Part shown: positions 13,946 to 30,184 of the stretch, in pieces
Layout of the letters: every line of letters starts with the position of its first letter
Position numbering within the stretch: the stretch's first letter is position 1
Assembly (NCBI RefSeq): GCF_009914755.1
Contig: NC_060942.1
Reading direction: 5' to 3' (one strand)
Length of the DNA stretch: 64,000 nucleotides
Origin: the human T2T-CHM13v2.0 reference genome, Homo sapiens
Program-made: the position numbers and the translations under genes
Notes under the pieces: generated by a model
The model's database searches: none
The model's input: the letters and a program-made list of their open reading frames with translations, nothing else
What the model was told of the DNA's origin: nothing

Positions 13946-15492
13946 CTTTGAATTTACTATAGAGAGAGCAATATATGATCAAAGTACAGGAAAATGTATA
14001 GGGTTTATTGAAAATGGTCAGAATTTCATTATGTTTATCTTAAATTTAAGGAATTTCACATTGCAAAATATGAATGTAATGATACCGATTTGAGATAAAA
14101 AAGTGTAAACTCTACAGCTGAATGTTTTACATCATTCAACACTAATTATTTTAAATATCTGGATCTAATTTAGTTAACAATAAGAAATATGTTGTTACAG
14201 CATATAAACTATAATCATATTCTCTCTTTCCTCCTTCTGTCCCTTATCTTAAAGATTTACCCACTATAACAGAATATAATAGCAAATTATGTATAAGTAG
14301 AAATTCAATCTTGGCCAAAATTGTAGTCCCTAGAGTTTAGACACCCACAATGTGTAGTATATTTCCCTTTAATGTGCCATCATAATTTTAATTTGGGGGA
14401 AAAAATAGAATTTTTTCATAGAAATCTCCTCTAGTAAGGCAATATTAACTGTTCAAATTTTCTGAACGTTTAGCAAAGCTGGGAAAAGATTACACATATT
14501 GATTAACTCATTTATTAAAGATCAGCAAACAAAATTAAACGTAGTTCACACTTTTTCCATTGTCATATCTTTAGAGATTCTAAAGAAAGAACATGGTTTT
14601 CCTGGTGATTAACAAACTAGGTGTAGCTTTCGCCATAGACTGGAGGCTAAAGAGGATGTGGTCTAGAAGCTTTCCTAGAAATCAGGGGGCAAGCTTTTGC
14701 TATCATGGGCTCCATGTTACCACAGTATAATAGTTCTGACTCAAGGAAGCAACAGGAAGAGGCAGGTTTTCCTAGTGACCATCCCTGTAACATTCTTTTA
14801 GAAAAGATTTTAAGAGGCAAATATTTTAGACCTTGACCACACAATACAACAGAATTGACCTTTTTCAGAACGGTTCTTTATTTTTAGAGGAAGGTCATTT
14901 TAGGATTGGTTTAAACATAAGATATCTATTTGATTACAGTTGATTCAATTCCGCTATGAAAATGTCTGAAGTTTTGGATTGACTGTTCTTCGGGCTTATT
15001 TTTCTGTCTAGACATAACCTAAATGGCAGACGACAAGAGGCTCCGTAAATATCAGTTGTATCTGCAAACCGAAAGGCGGCCTTGGGCCACACATTTGTCA
15101 TTTCCACCACACTTACACAAAGAGTATGTCAATCTCAGCCTTGCTCAGCCCTGCTCAGTATCAGGCCCTAAAGAGCTTCAGCTGGAAAAAAGTAGTTACA
15201 TTCAATCTTTGTGTCAATTCTAACCAAATCTGTTGGATATTTAGCACCTCGCCTTCTCCAGGAGGTGAGGAGAGAAACTAGTCAAGTGTCTGCAACTTGA
15301 GCTCCTAAAACAGCTACAGTCAGGACTCCAATATCCTCAACACAGCTGGATATGCCCACACTAAAAAGTGGGCTGGAACTAGAATTCTGTTTGACTGGGG
15401 CCCCAGCAATCTGCTTCAACAGATCTTCTCTCTGTTCTGGAACTTTCAACTGCTGACTGGTGTCTTGCTTCATCCTGGACACATTACCTTTT

Positions 15493-15804
<312 letters not shown>

Positions 15805-18800
15805 CACACATTACCTTTTATCCAGAACTTTACTGCAACCAGCCCCTAAGTATTGTGTGGTCTCCTCCTGCTCTGATCCCCACCCGCTTTGTAAAGTAAT
15901 GTGATCATTATATAATCAGAGTTATTATACAACTTATTGGACAAGATGACTTAATTGTTGTGTCAGTCCAAATGACCCGGCTAATCTGCATATTCTTTAT
16001 TCATCATTAAAATGAACAGGAATTTCCCAGCTCTAATAGTATTCTATTGGGTTGACTCAAATAAAATCTGCACCAGCAAACCCACCCTCTGACCCATATA
16101 TACCTTTCCGATATAGTCGGAAAGAACATTTGTTACATTTCTCATAGCAATAATAATATTGTGGATCATTCCTCTTCCTTTCATGGAACACTTGCCAATA
16201 ATGTTTTCTTCTTCATTCGTCTCCTCTGACTCTTTTGCTGTTCAATAGCAGGCAGGGAAATTTAAAGTCTTCTCTACCCAGCAAGGATCGCTAAAATGAG
16301 AGCTAACTCAAGCATCTGACACTTCCTGCCATGTTCTCTCTAGCCCTCCTAACACCCAAGAAACTCACTCTATAAATTCAGCGGTCTTGACAGAGGGATG
16401 GAGTTCTACATGACATGTTCATTAAACTAAGTATTTATACGCCCATTATGTAAACATGATATATCATTCCCCAGCTCTGAGGCAGCTGCATGATATATAT
16501 GGATATTCACTTAAAGCCTCAGCTTTATGAATTGTATTCCTTGGAGATACCAGCAGCTCCAACAACTAGGTACACAGTCAATAATTACTTTCATCTTCCT
16601 CCTTTTATTTACTCTTTAAGAGATTCATTAAGATGAAGAATGACTGCACTGCTTTGCTAAGCCTTTTTGATTACTTTCCTAATTCATTTATCATGAACTT
16701 TGGAACTATTAGTTTAGTTTTCACTACTTCTAGCCATCTAGAATCTTGTTTTATTTAAACAAGGTTCTGCATCCTCACTGGTTTTCTTCGGACAGGCCCT
16801 TTGGCTTATACACTATTTATTCGAAGTGACACATGGTAGAATTTTTCCTTTATAAAGATACACAAGAGTGTAATGCGCATGGTTACTGAGAGTTGCTATA
16901 TGTGTTAAAATTGGTACTGGATCACTCACAAAACTTTTTAAATCTCTATTCAATGCTATAGTCTCAAATCCCTCCACGAAGCGGAGCGCTAAAGGGAGAA
17001 GGGTGGAGAGCACATACAACAAGCTAGGCCTAGTTCCAAATGCCATTGCACACAACAGGGCACTTAGTTTTCACAGCAACCCTGCAAAGTATGTAATACT
17101 ACATCTACTTTACAGATAAAGAAGTTATGGCTCAAAAAGAACAGTCACTTACTCAATTTCATGCAGTAAGTACTGAGCTTAGAATAACTGCACTAAGTGG
17201 CTGGTGCCTGGTTCTGTTGACCTCTCCCCTCCCCTTTGATAATCCTAAGTACTCGAGAGTTCACCATATGCTAGATATACATGTAAGTCACTCGCATGAG
17301 ATAAAGGCAAAGGTCCACATCACTTACACTTCTCTCTTCCTTTACCTTTTCTTCAGAGGATACCTACCAGGTACCTCTTACTCATGACAGACATGAATAC
17401 AACTATATCAATGAAAACATTAAATGTGAATGGATTACAGAATCCAATCAAAAGGGAAAGATTGTTAGACTGCATAATAACATAATTCAACTATATGCTA
17501 TCTACTAGAGACACACTTTAGACTTAAAGGTATTAATAAATTGAAAGCAAAAGGATAGAAATGGTTATATCATGCAAACTACGATCAAAAGAACACTGGA
17601 GTGCTATACCACTATCATACAAAATATGCCTTAAAACAAAAAAGCTAGAAATAAAAGGAACAATTTATAAACGTAAAAGAGACAAACAATCAGGTAGATA
17701 TAACAATTATAACTATATGCACATAATAGCAGAATACCAAAATACACAAAACAAAGACTAACAGAAACGGAGAGAAAAATGAACAACAGTAATAGCTGCA
17801 GACTTTATTATCCCACTTTGAATAATGAATAGAACAACTAGACAGAAGAGTAACAATTAAATAGAAGGCTTGAATAACACTATAAACCAACTAGACCTAA
17901 AGGATATTTATAGAACCTTCCATCCAACCACAACAGAATAGATATTCTTCCCAAGTACACATAAAACATTCTTCGGGATAGAGCACATGTTCAGCCATAA
18001 AACCAACTGCAGTAAATTTAAAACAACAAAAATAATACAAAGTGTATTATATGACCACCATGGAATGAAATTAGAAATCAGTAACAGGAAAAATTTTGAG
18101 AAACTCACAAATATGTGAAAACGAAACAACACGTGCCTAAATAATCAATGGGTTGAAAAAGAAATAAAATGGAAAGTCAAAAATATTTTGAGATTAATTA
18201 AAATGAAGACACAACATATCAAAATTTATGGGACGCAGCTAAAGCAATGCTTAGAGAAAAATATATAGCTGTAAATGCCTATATTAAGAAAGACAATATC
18301 AAATCACATAAACTTTCACCTTAAGTTACTGGAAAAAGAAGAGCAAACTAAGTCCAAAGCAAGTAAAATAAAGTAAATAATAATGTTTATAGTTAGATTA
18401 ATGAAATAGAGAATAGAAAAATAATATGGAAAAATTAATGAAACCAAAAGTTGGCTCTTTGACAAGATCAATAAAACTGACAAGCCATTAGCTATTCATA
18501 TATTGACCACAAAACAAAGGAGAAGAAGCAAATTACTAGAATCATAGATGAAAGAGAGGACATTCCTAATGACCCTACAGAAATAAAATAGCATAGAAGA
18601 ATACTATTAAAAATTGTATGCCAATAAATTAGATTAAATGATGAAATCCCTAGAAGGACACAAACTAGTGAAACGGACTCAAGAAGAAATAGACAATCTG
18701 AATAGACCTAACAAGTGAATAGATTGAATTAATAGCACAAAAAACTACACACAAAGGAAAGCCTAGGGCAAGATGGCTTCACTGCTGTATTATATCAAAC

Positions 18801-18817
18801 ACTTAAAGAAGAAATAA

Positions 18818-22503
<3,686 letters not shown>

Positions 22504-22940
22504 AAAAGAATTATATATCATAACCAAATGGGATTTATCACAAGAATACAAAGCTGGTTTAATATCTGAAAAAACTTCATATCTATAGAATAAAAAACAA
22601 AAATTACATGATCATGTTAATAGATGAAGAAAAAGCATTTGACGAAATCCAACATCATTTCATGACAAGAACATTCAACGAACTAGTAATAGATGAGAAC
22701 TCAATCAACAGGTTAAGGTTTATCAAAATGGCATGTACAAAAACCACAGCTAACTTATCACACTTAATGGTGCAAGATTGGGTGCTTTTCCTCCAATATC
22801 AGAAACAAGACAAGGATATCCAGGCTTACCAACTCAATTCAACATTGTACTGAAGGCTCTAGCCAGGGCAACAAGGCAAGAGAACAACTGGCTTATCAGA
22901 CATTAAAATGCATCAGTGTGAGCTGCAATTAACATTTAAT

Positions 22941-23280
<340 letters not shown>

Positions 23281-24864
23281 TTAGAGCTACAATTCTACTC
23301 CAAAACACAAATTTCCCAATCTAACCCTACCCCAGCTTTAATTCTAACCTACTTTGCATGCCCTCATCAATACTTTATCCATTCAGCAAATATAGATATA
23401 CACTATAACTTAATACCTTTTACCCAAGCTGTTTTCTTAACTTCTATTATATTTCTATTCAATAGAAGCTATTACCTACTTTTTCTCATAACCCCACAGT
23501 TGAATAAATGAATTAAAATTTTATGATCTTGGCTTCCTATTTTGTATATTCTTGAGTTCACAGAAAAACTCTCTAAATTTACAGAGCTTCACTTTCTCTA
23601 AAAGTACAAGGTAAGCACTCTTTCTGTCACTCAGGTGCTCCTTTTTCCCTTAAGCACCAGTGTCTCAGAATCTGCACTCAGCCAAAAGTGTGTAAGAGAA
23701 ATACCATCTAATGAGTTCCATAATAGTTAATGTGCTTCATTTACTTTATAATGAAATGAGAAACTTATGCTTAGTATTGAGCCTGTCATTTAAAAATATT
23801 TGTTGAGTGGCTATTATATGTAGAATCTATACTAAACCCCCAGAGAATCAAATACAGTAAATAATAATAATAAACTGGGGAATATAAAGAACTCAGTAGA
23901 CCGACAGATACCAATCTGGGATGTAGTCACAGAGCTGTGATGTGATTTGAGCCAAGTCACATAATCCCTCTTTCGGTTCCCTTTTCTGAGAAAAAGAATT
24001 GTCTGTCTCAGGGATGGTAAAGAAATTTCATCTCAAGTGTCACATCCAGTTGATTGGTAATGATGTCTTGAGTTGTGGAAAGAAATATGAGGCTCAGTTC
24101 AGGTTCCATCAAAACAGTGCTATGATCAATTTGTGATGTCTAAGAACAGTCATAAGTGAGAGTCTTCAAAAGAGCAGGTTGACTACTCGCCATCTCTAAA
24201 CTATTCACGTGTAAAGACTATTCATTTTTAATAAAATATGATCTGACTCATCATGCGTTATAACTTAATATCATCTTATATTGATGGTAAAGTTATTAGT
24301 AGCTGTTTTCCTTGATTTTAACTTGCCATTAATTATTGGTTTTACAGGGTACAACATTTTCTGTAAATGACTCAGAACATCTTGAATATTATTTTTATAA
24401 TACATTCAGTATTTAACTAAAGATATCAATTGCATTTAATTATCTGAGTGAACAAAAAAATTAGGACAACGTTTATAAGAAGTGTTGAACAAAAAATCCT
24501 CTTTGATAAGAACGCTCATTGTCTGAATTCAAAATATCATTTTATGTGTCATCTTAAAACATCACATTTCTCCATTTTTTTCCTGTGGTTTAATTACAGA
24601 CCACAATTTGCTATCAATATAGACTATAACTATGCAATAGTTTGATGCCTTGTTTTTTTAATGTGAGATATATAGATATATATATATTCCACAAATATGT
24701 GTATTTGAAGCTTTAATTTGAATGCCAAGCAAATGATTTTTTCATTAATCAAGTTGCAAAACTATGAACAAAAGAGATGAAATGGTGTAATTTTAAAAAG
24801 TGATTATTTTGTCACAATCTTAATTTTGAGACATTTATCAATGGTTAGCCAAATGTGATCCACC

Positions 24865-24963
24865 TAGAATTGTGAACTGACGTCTGATACACTGATCTCT
24901 TGAATAATGCAGTATTAATGTTATTCAAATTCCATCGGTTCAATAAGACGTCAGTCATTTCTT
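24865..24963. other. ~100-nt imperfect palindrome (long hairpin)
   Basis: Three nested stems centred near 24915: ACTGACGTCT/AGACGTCAGT, ACTGAT/ATCGGT and TTGAATAAT/GTTATTCAA. Confidence 0.8.
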
Positions 24964-26129
24964 ATTTCCCCAAGTAAAACCACACTTGTTCTTTTACAAA
25001 ATTACCTTATTCTATTTCAACAGAACATTATTAATGTTATGTTATTTCTCTTTTTCTCTTAATAGGGCCTTTGAAAAATGTTATTCGTATATTTTCTATT
25101 TTTTCATGGGAGAAGATAACATGTACATTTTTGTGCATATTGACATGAGTTATTTTTTACACAAACAGAAGAAATTTATTAAGATTTCTATTAAATTCAT
25201 TACCTCATTTATTTTGAAATTAAAATTAAAATATTTCTTACTTATTTTACATGAAAATTCAGTAAGTGTATCTATCTGGCAAAATGGAGGGATTCTACTA
25301 TATCAAAGTTTCACTATTTTCAGTTTATATTGCCCCAATGGTCCACCCTTTTTTATTTCCTTGGCTCTTCCATCAATTATTTAAAATAAATCATTTACAT
25401 GCCACTCATTGCAACACTGGTTAAAATAACTATAAGCAGGGATCTCACTTTTTTTTTTTTTTTACTAAAAACAAAAGTCACAATTCAGAAATCATCTTCT
25501 CACAACCCTACTGGTAATCCTAAGAATCTAATCAGGCTAGTCAGATTTTTCTCCAAATTTGTGCAAATTACTTAATTAAAAATGAACAGTAGAGAATATT
25601 TAAAATTACCTGTAATGGCTATAACCCTAAATGACAACAGAAACTTTCTATTGTCAAAGTGTTTTCTTTTGAAAACAGCCCTTACTAAATTATCACTTGC
25701 TCATGGAGCTTAAGATTCACTTGCAACACTTTAGTTCCCCAGGTGGTACTAATTTTACAGCAGCATAGGAGGCAAATACGGTGATTTCTCAGTGTGATCA
25801 TTTATCTTGTGTTTTTATATTATTAGCTCCTGTTTCCAAGATGCCCAACATTTGTGCCAACAGATGGCTGGAAAATGCCTCAGTCAACAAAGGAGCAACG
25901 TCTACAACAAAGGGACAATGGATTGAGCAGTCAGGGAATCACCAAGCCAGACAGCAGCTAACACTTTTAAAATAACTGTAAATTATTTACAACAAAGCTG
26001 TACATTTAAAAAACTACAAGATCTATTTCATATAATCAATTAATGCTGAATAATAAAATTTTAATTGTATTTAACATATTGTAGTTGATAAGTATCAACT
26101 ACATCTCCATTGATGATTGAACCTTAGCA

Positions 26130-26730
26130 ATTCATTCAGTACAAAATTGGAACAAGATACTCCCTGACTTCAAGAATTTCACAATGAATTGGGATAGGCA
26201 CAAGGGTCAGGTAATTATCTTAGCTCTTGCTTGGGTAGCCAGGGGTATGTAAATCAGATTAGGAGCACCAGGATTCCTTTCAAGGGAGGTGATATTGAGC
26301 AGAGATGTGATGGTAGAGTACACATTAATTAGGAAAACAGGTGGTGGGAAGTCATTCTGAGCAGAGGGAAGAACATGCGGGAAGCCATAGAGCGTCATAA
26401 GGCATGACCCTATCCCAGCGCTGCTAGAGGTTCAGTATATCTAAAGATGATGCAGGAGCCAGAACTAGGGGCTGGATAATGGAGAAGCTTGCATGCTAAA
26501 CTTATTACGAACTTTATTTTGAAAGTAGTGGAACGTTATTGGACCGCTTCAAAAGCGGAGTGTTACGTTCAGGCTTGAATTTTAGAAATATCTGTCTGGT
26601 AGCCATGTGCAGGTTGGTTGGAAAGGGAGGCATCAGACAGGAGACGAATGAGAAAGCTGTTGCAGTCATCTGGGTGAGAAACCAACGAGGGCCTGAATAA
26701 GATGGCGGCTGGAGACTAGCGCTGGAGAGG
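26130..26730 (-). mobile_element. L2 fragment (CpG-rich right end)
   Basis: Antisense L2 motifs (CATTCTGAGCAGAGGGAAGAACATGC; GCTGTTGCAGTCATCTGGGTGAGA). Confidence 0.7.
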
Positions 26731-26776
26731 GGGAGCCTTCCATATCCGGCCACTTCTCTCCACAGCCGCCATTTTG
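26698..26776. promoter_or_regulatory. Inverted pair of YY1 motifs forming an ~80-nt hairpin
   Basis: AAGATGGCGGC (26699-26709) and GCCGCCATTTT (26765-26775) both match the YY1 consensus AANATGGCGGC. Confidence 0.65.
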
Positions 26777-26894
26777 GCAGAAGCCTAAGCCTTGCTCATC
26801 CCTTACTTAGGCTACATTTTCAAAAGTCAGAAAAAACTTTTTCCTGAAGAAGGGGTTTCTGAGACAAGTAGGTCAAAGAAAGGCCAGCGTGTGG

Positions 26895-26896
<2 letters not shown>

Positions 26897-26936
<40 letters not shown>
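26897..26936 (+). repeat. (GT)20 microsatellite
   Basis: Direct observation. Confidence 0.98.
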
Positions 26937-26938
<2 letters not shown>

Positions 26939-27022
26939 TTGAGTAAAATTGCAAGCCAAAGAGGAAGGCAGCAGTATGTATTCTCTGTAGGTGAGCAGGA
27001 AGCTTGCGGCCCTACACAGTGC

Positions 27023-27076
27023 TGACGTAATGAGTCCGTTCTGTGCCTATTCATTCAAAACAGGATTGAGACGTCA
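27023..27076. promoter_or_regulatory. Two CRE/ATF-like sites
   Basis: TGACGTAA (27023-27030) and TGACGTCT on the minus strand (27069-27076), both with CpG intact and in a CpG-rich context. Confidence 0.5.
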
Positions 27077-27187
27077 GCTTGACAAAGCTTTCTCTCCTCG
27101 CGGGACCCCTATTTGTGACCAATTGTAAGATCATCTGAAGATCGAGTCCGATTGCCTGGCCAGGCCGGGCTGGGTGGTATGTGCCCC

Positions 27188-27886
27188 CGTCACGCCGGAG
27201 GTTCCTGCTTTAGCGACGCCAAAGATTGGGTGTGAGGGCAGCCCGCGGTGACAGAGACACGGATCGGACCGAGAGAAAAAGGCTGTGGGCTTCACTGAGC
27301 AGAGTGACGGTAGGAAGCTTCCACAGCGCGGAAGGGTCCCCCGCGGGTAGCCAGTGTTAGATCTTTTGATCACCTTTTAAACTCTTTAAGGCGGGAAATA
27401 CCCGAGGTGGGAAGATGTTACCAGAGCAAGAAACAAAGACGATTAAGATGTCTTAGATCTTGAGGAAAACCGGCATGGTAACTTAACTTTTACCTGCTTT
27501 ATGACCTTGCAGCGGCATGGCAAAGGAGACAGGATCTCACAGGACTTTACAGATTGTGTTGACAAGGAATTGGAATTGGGACATAGATAAGGTCTGCTGA
27601 TCGCAGGAAAATGGGCTTTTAACATTCCTTTTAGTTTCAGGGAAGGGGCAAGGGAGAGAGGGAGCGAGGACACAGGGAAGCTTACAGCAAAAGTTTCGCT
27701 GTTTATAGCTTTCTTGGGGGAAGAAAACACATGCCCAAGTTTTGATGTTAGGAATATTATTTTAAGCACATATCTTTAATATTATTCATCCAGGACCAAA
27801 GTAAGTCCTGATGCAGGAAAGGAGTGAGTTTCACAGCTTTCTGAGCCCCTAATCAACCCAGGAAGCCCAGCTGGAACCTCCTCTCA
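27188..27886 (-). mobile_element. LTR15-like ERV1 solo LTR with CpG-island-like R/U5
   Basis: Minus strand starts TGAGAGGAGGTTCCAGCTGGGCTTCCTGGG and ends ...GGAACCTCCGGCGTGACG. TATA-like TTTAAAA at 27375-27381. No clear TSD. Confidence 0.75.
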
Positions 27887-28444
27887 CTGTTAGGCTAGAT
27901 TTTAATTACATCTAAGTGACAGTAACTTTCCTTATTCCTATTTGACCTGGTATTTTCTGGTTTCAATTTCTCTCGTTGAAAGGAACAACATTCCTAAGGC
28001 AAAATTCACAAGGCAGATATCTAATAATTTGTTTGGGTGCTGTTGAAAGAAATTAACGAAATGATCCATCGCTCCCTCAGAACTCCCACATGTGTGCACG
28101 TACACACATCCCCACACATTGGCTTTCTTCCAGTTCTTTAAATCTCAGGTTCTGAAAGAGATGCCAAATGGCTGGTACATTAATCCTGGCTTTTAAGCAC
28201 CTACACACCAGGAAATGAATGTTCACAATAAAAGGCACAGTAAGGTGAGCGTCAATTCAGAACAGCAGAAGTGGAAATGTATATTCATTTGTAAATATTA
28301 GGATTTCATGGCTACATTGGCACTTGAGATCATTTCAAAGAATATCAATAATTAGAGACTGGTGGAGAATATTCCAGACACAGAGGAAAACATGCTAAGA
28401 TGATGAGGAAAGACAAATTGATATGTTCGGAAAAGTGTAGGGAA

Positions 28445-28747
28445 GAGGGAGATGAAAAGAAATTTATAAATGGATACAAATATGTGATTTGATAGAAGAA
28501 ATAAGACATAGAGTTAAAGAGATCAGTAGGGTTATTCTAGTTCACAGTCATCTATTGTATATTTCGTAATAAGTAGAAGATAATTCAAATAGTCCTAGCA
28601 TAAAGAAAGGACAAATGTTTAAGGTGATGGACATCCCAAGCACACTGATTGGATCTTTACAAATTATATGAATGTATTAAATTCTCACATGGATCCCAAA
28701 ATTATGTACATCTATTATGCATCAAAAAAAAATAAATTTAAAAGAAG
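28445..28747 (+). mobile_element. L1MA-type 3' end inserted in an L2
   Basis: L1MA 3' UTR motifs (TTTAAGGTGATGGACATCCCAA...TACATCTATTATGCATCAAAAA) and TSD GAAAA(G/C)TGTAGGGAA. Confidence 0.8.
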
Positions 28748-29106
28748 AAAACTGTAGGGAACCCACTCTGGCTGAGGCATATAGCATGGGGAGGGACGGA
28801 GTTGAATTGTCAGAGCCATTAGGTCAAACTAGAAATTGTCAGTGAGGTATTGGTGTTTAATCCTGGCAACCACAGGAAATGATTGCCTAGTATTTAAGCA
28901 AACTGGTGATGTGAACCATGCTTCAGAATTTAGTTTTTATTCTAAAAATAGAAAAAAAAAACTCTCTAAACCTTCCGGCCACTATTTTATTTCCCCAATG
29001 AAAATGGCAGGAGTCATCTCAGGGTTTACATGGAAAAATCACTTTTAAAAATACATTTGCATATATTTTCCCATTTAGTCGTCATGGAAACTCTGAAGCA
29101 GGTACT

Positions 29107-29310
29107 GTCCTGGCTCTCCCTTTTACTAGATGTATGACCTTGGGCATGATACCTAAGTCAGCATTCATCTCTAGCATGGTAATAACAGTAGTACCTACTG
29201 CCTGTGTTTAATGTATAAAAGACACAATGGATGTAAAAGCACTTGGCACCATACCTACTGCATAATAAGCTTTCAATAAATATTAGATTTATAATTATCA
29301 TTATTATTAT
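29107..29310 (+). mobile_element. MIR (nested in an antisense MIR)
   Basis: TGACCTTGGGCA...GTAAAAGCACTTGGCAC...CAATAAATATTAG. Confidence 0.75.
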
Positions 29311-29599
29311 TACTTTATAACAAGGAAAATGAGACAGAAAAGTTAAGTGGTTTGCCCAAAGTTGCTGGGCTAGGAAGTGGCCGAGTTAAACTTGACTGCA
29401 AGCTACTGGCATGATGTTTCAAAACTGCAAATCGTATCATGCTCCCTGTGAAAGTGTAAGTAAATTATAGGTCCAATAATGGAGAACTGACTAGGTAAAT
29501 TGTGCACCTCTATCATGTGGAATTCTACAAACCAATTATGGTGATGTTCAAGAATTATTTTTTCCAACATAGAAAGAGTCAAATATATTATTACATTTT

Positions 29600-29706
29600 T
29601 TAAAAGTTAATGTACACTAAGAGTTTTTATTAAAGATAAATAATAGAAATATCCTTTCAGGGTAGAAAATATTCTAAAAGGATGTATGCGCCGAGGCTCT
29701 CGGTAA
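29600..29706 (-). CDS. Candidate terminal exon of an unidentified minus-strand gene (phase-0 frame LPRASAHTSF*, stop at 29674-29676)
   Basis: Strong acceptor TTCTCACTCTTTTTCAG|TTACCG, a CpG cluster in otherwise AT-rich unique DNA, and AATAAA at 29631-29626. The reading frame is not established. Confidence 0.4.
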
Positions 29707-30184
29707 CTGAAAAAGAGTGAGAATGGATTTTTCTTATTCCTATGCTCACTCATCTGTGAGCGTAGTAATATGTGCCATGTTTGACATATCCATGTTGAAC
29801 ACAATTTGTCTTAAAATACATCTTTTAAACTTCCACCTTTCTCCCCTCAACCCTAAAACACACTTCCTCTTCATAGCACACCTGTCTTGGTGCCAAACAC
29901 ACAAAGCATTCTTTTCTAAGATGATATATCCTACCTAAGATCCTATGAGGAATAGTCCTTGGCAGAACACATGACTCGCCCATTATTTAATCGTGTTACT
30001 GTCTGTTTGTTGCAAAGGGCTAATCTTAATCATAGAAAAGTTTAATGTTCTATAGATCTTTACTGTGGGCCATGTAGAATGGTAAGAAAAAAATTTAATT
30101 TCCCACTTTCCCTTATTCTCTGTCATAACCATGGATCTAAAATTCATCCCAAATCTCAAAGACCTTGAGTTTAGTCTAATATCT

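Noticed and set aside
16104-16124. 8-bp stem CTTTCCGA-TATAG-TCGGAAAG
   Set aside because: A few stems of this length are expected by chance in 64 kb, and there is no supporting context.
24986-25384. 132-aa hydrophobic ORF
   Set aside because: The F/I/L richness follows from T-rich low-complexity DNA, and it starts at TTG.
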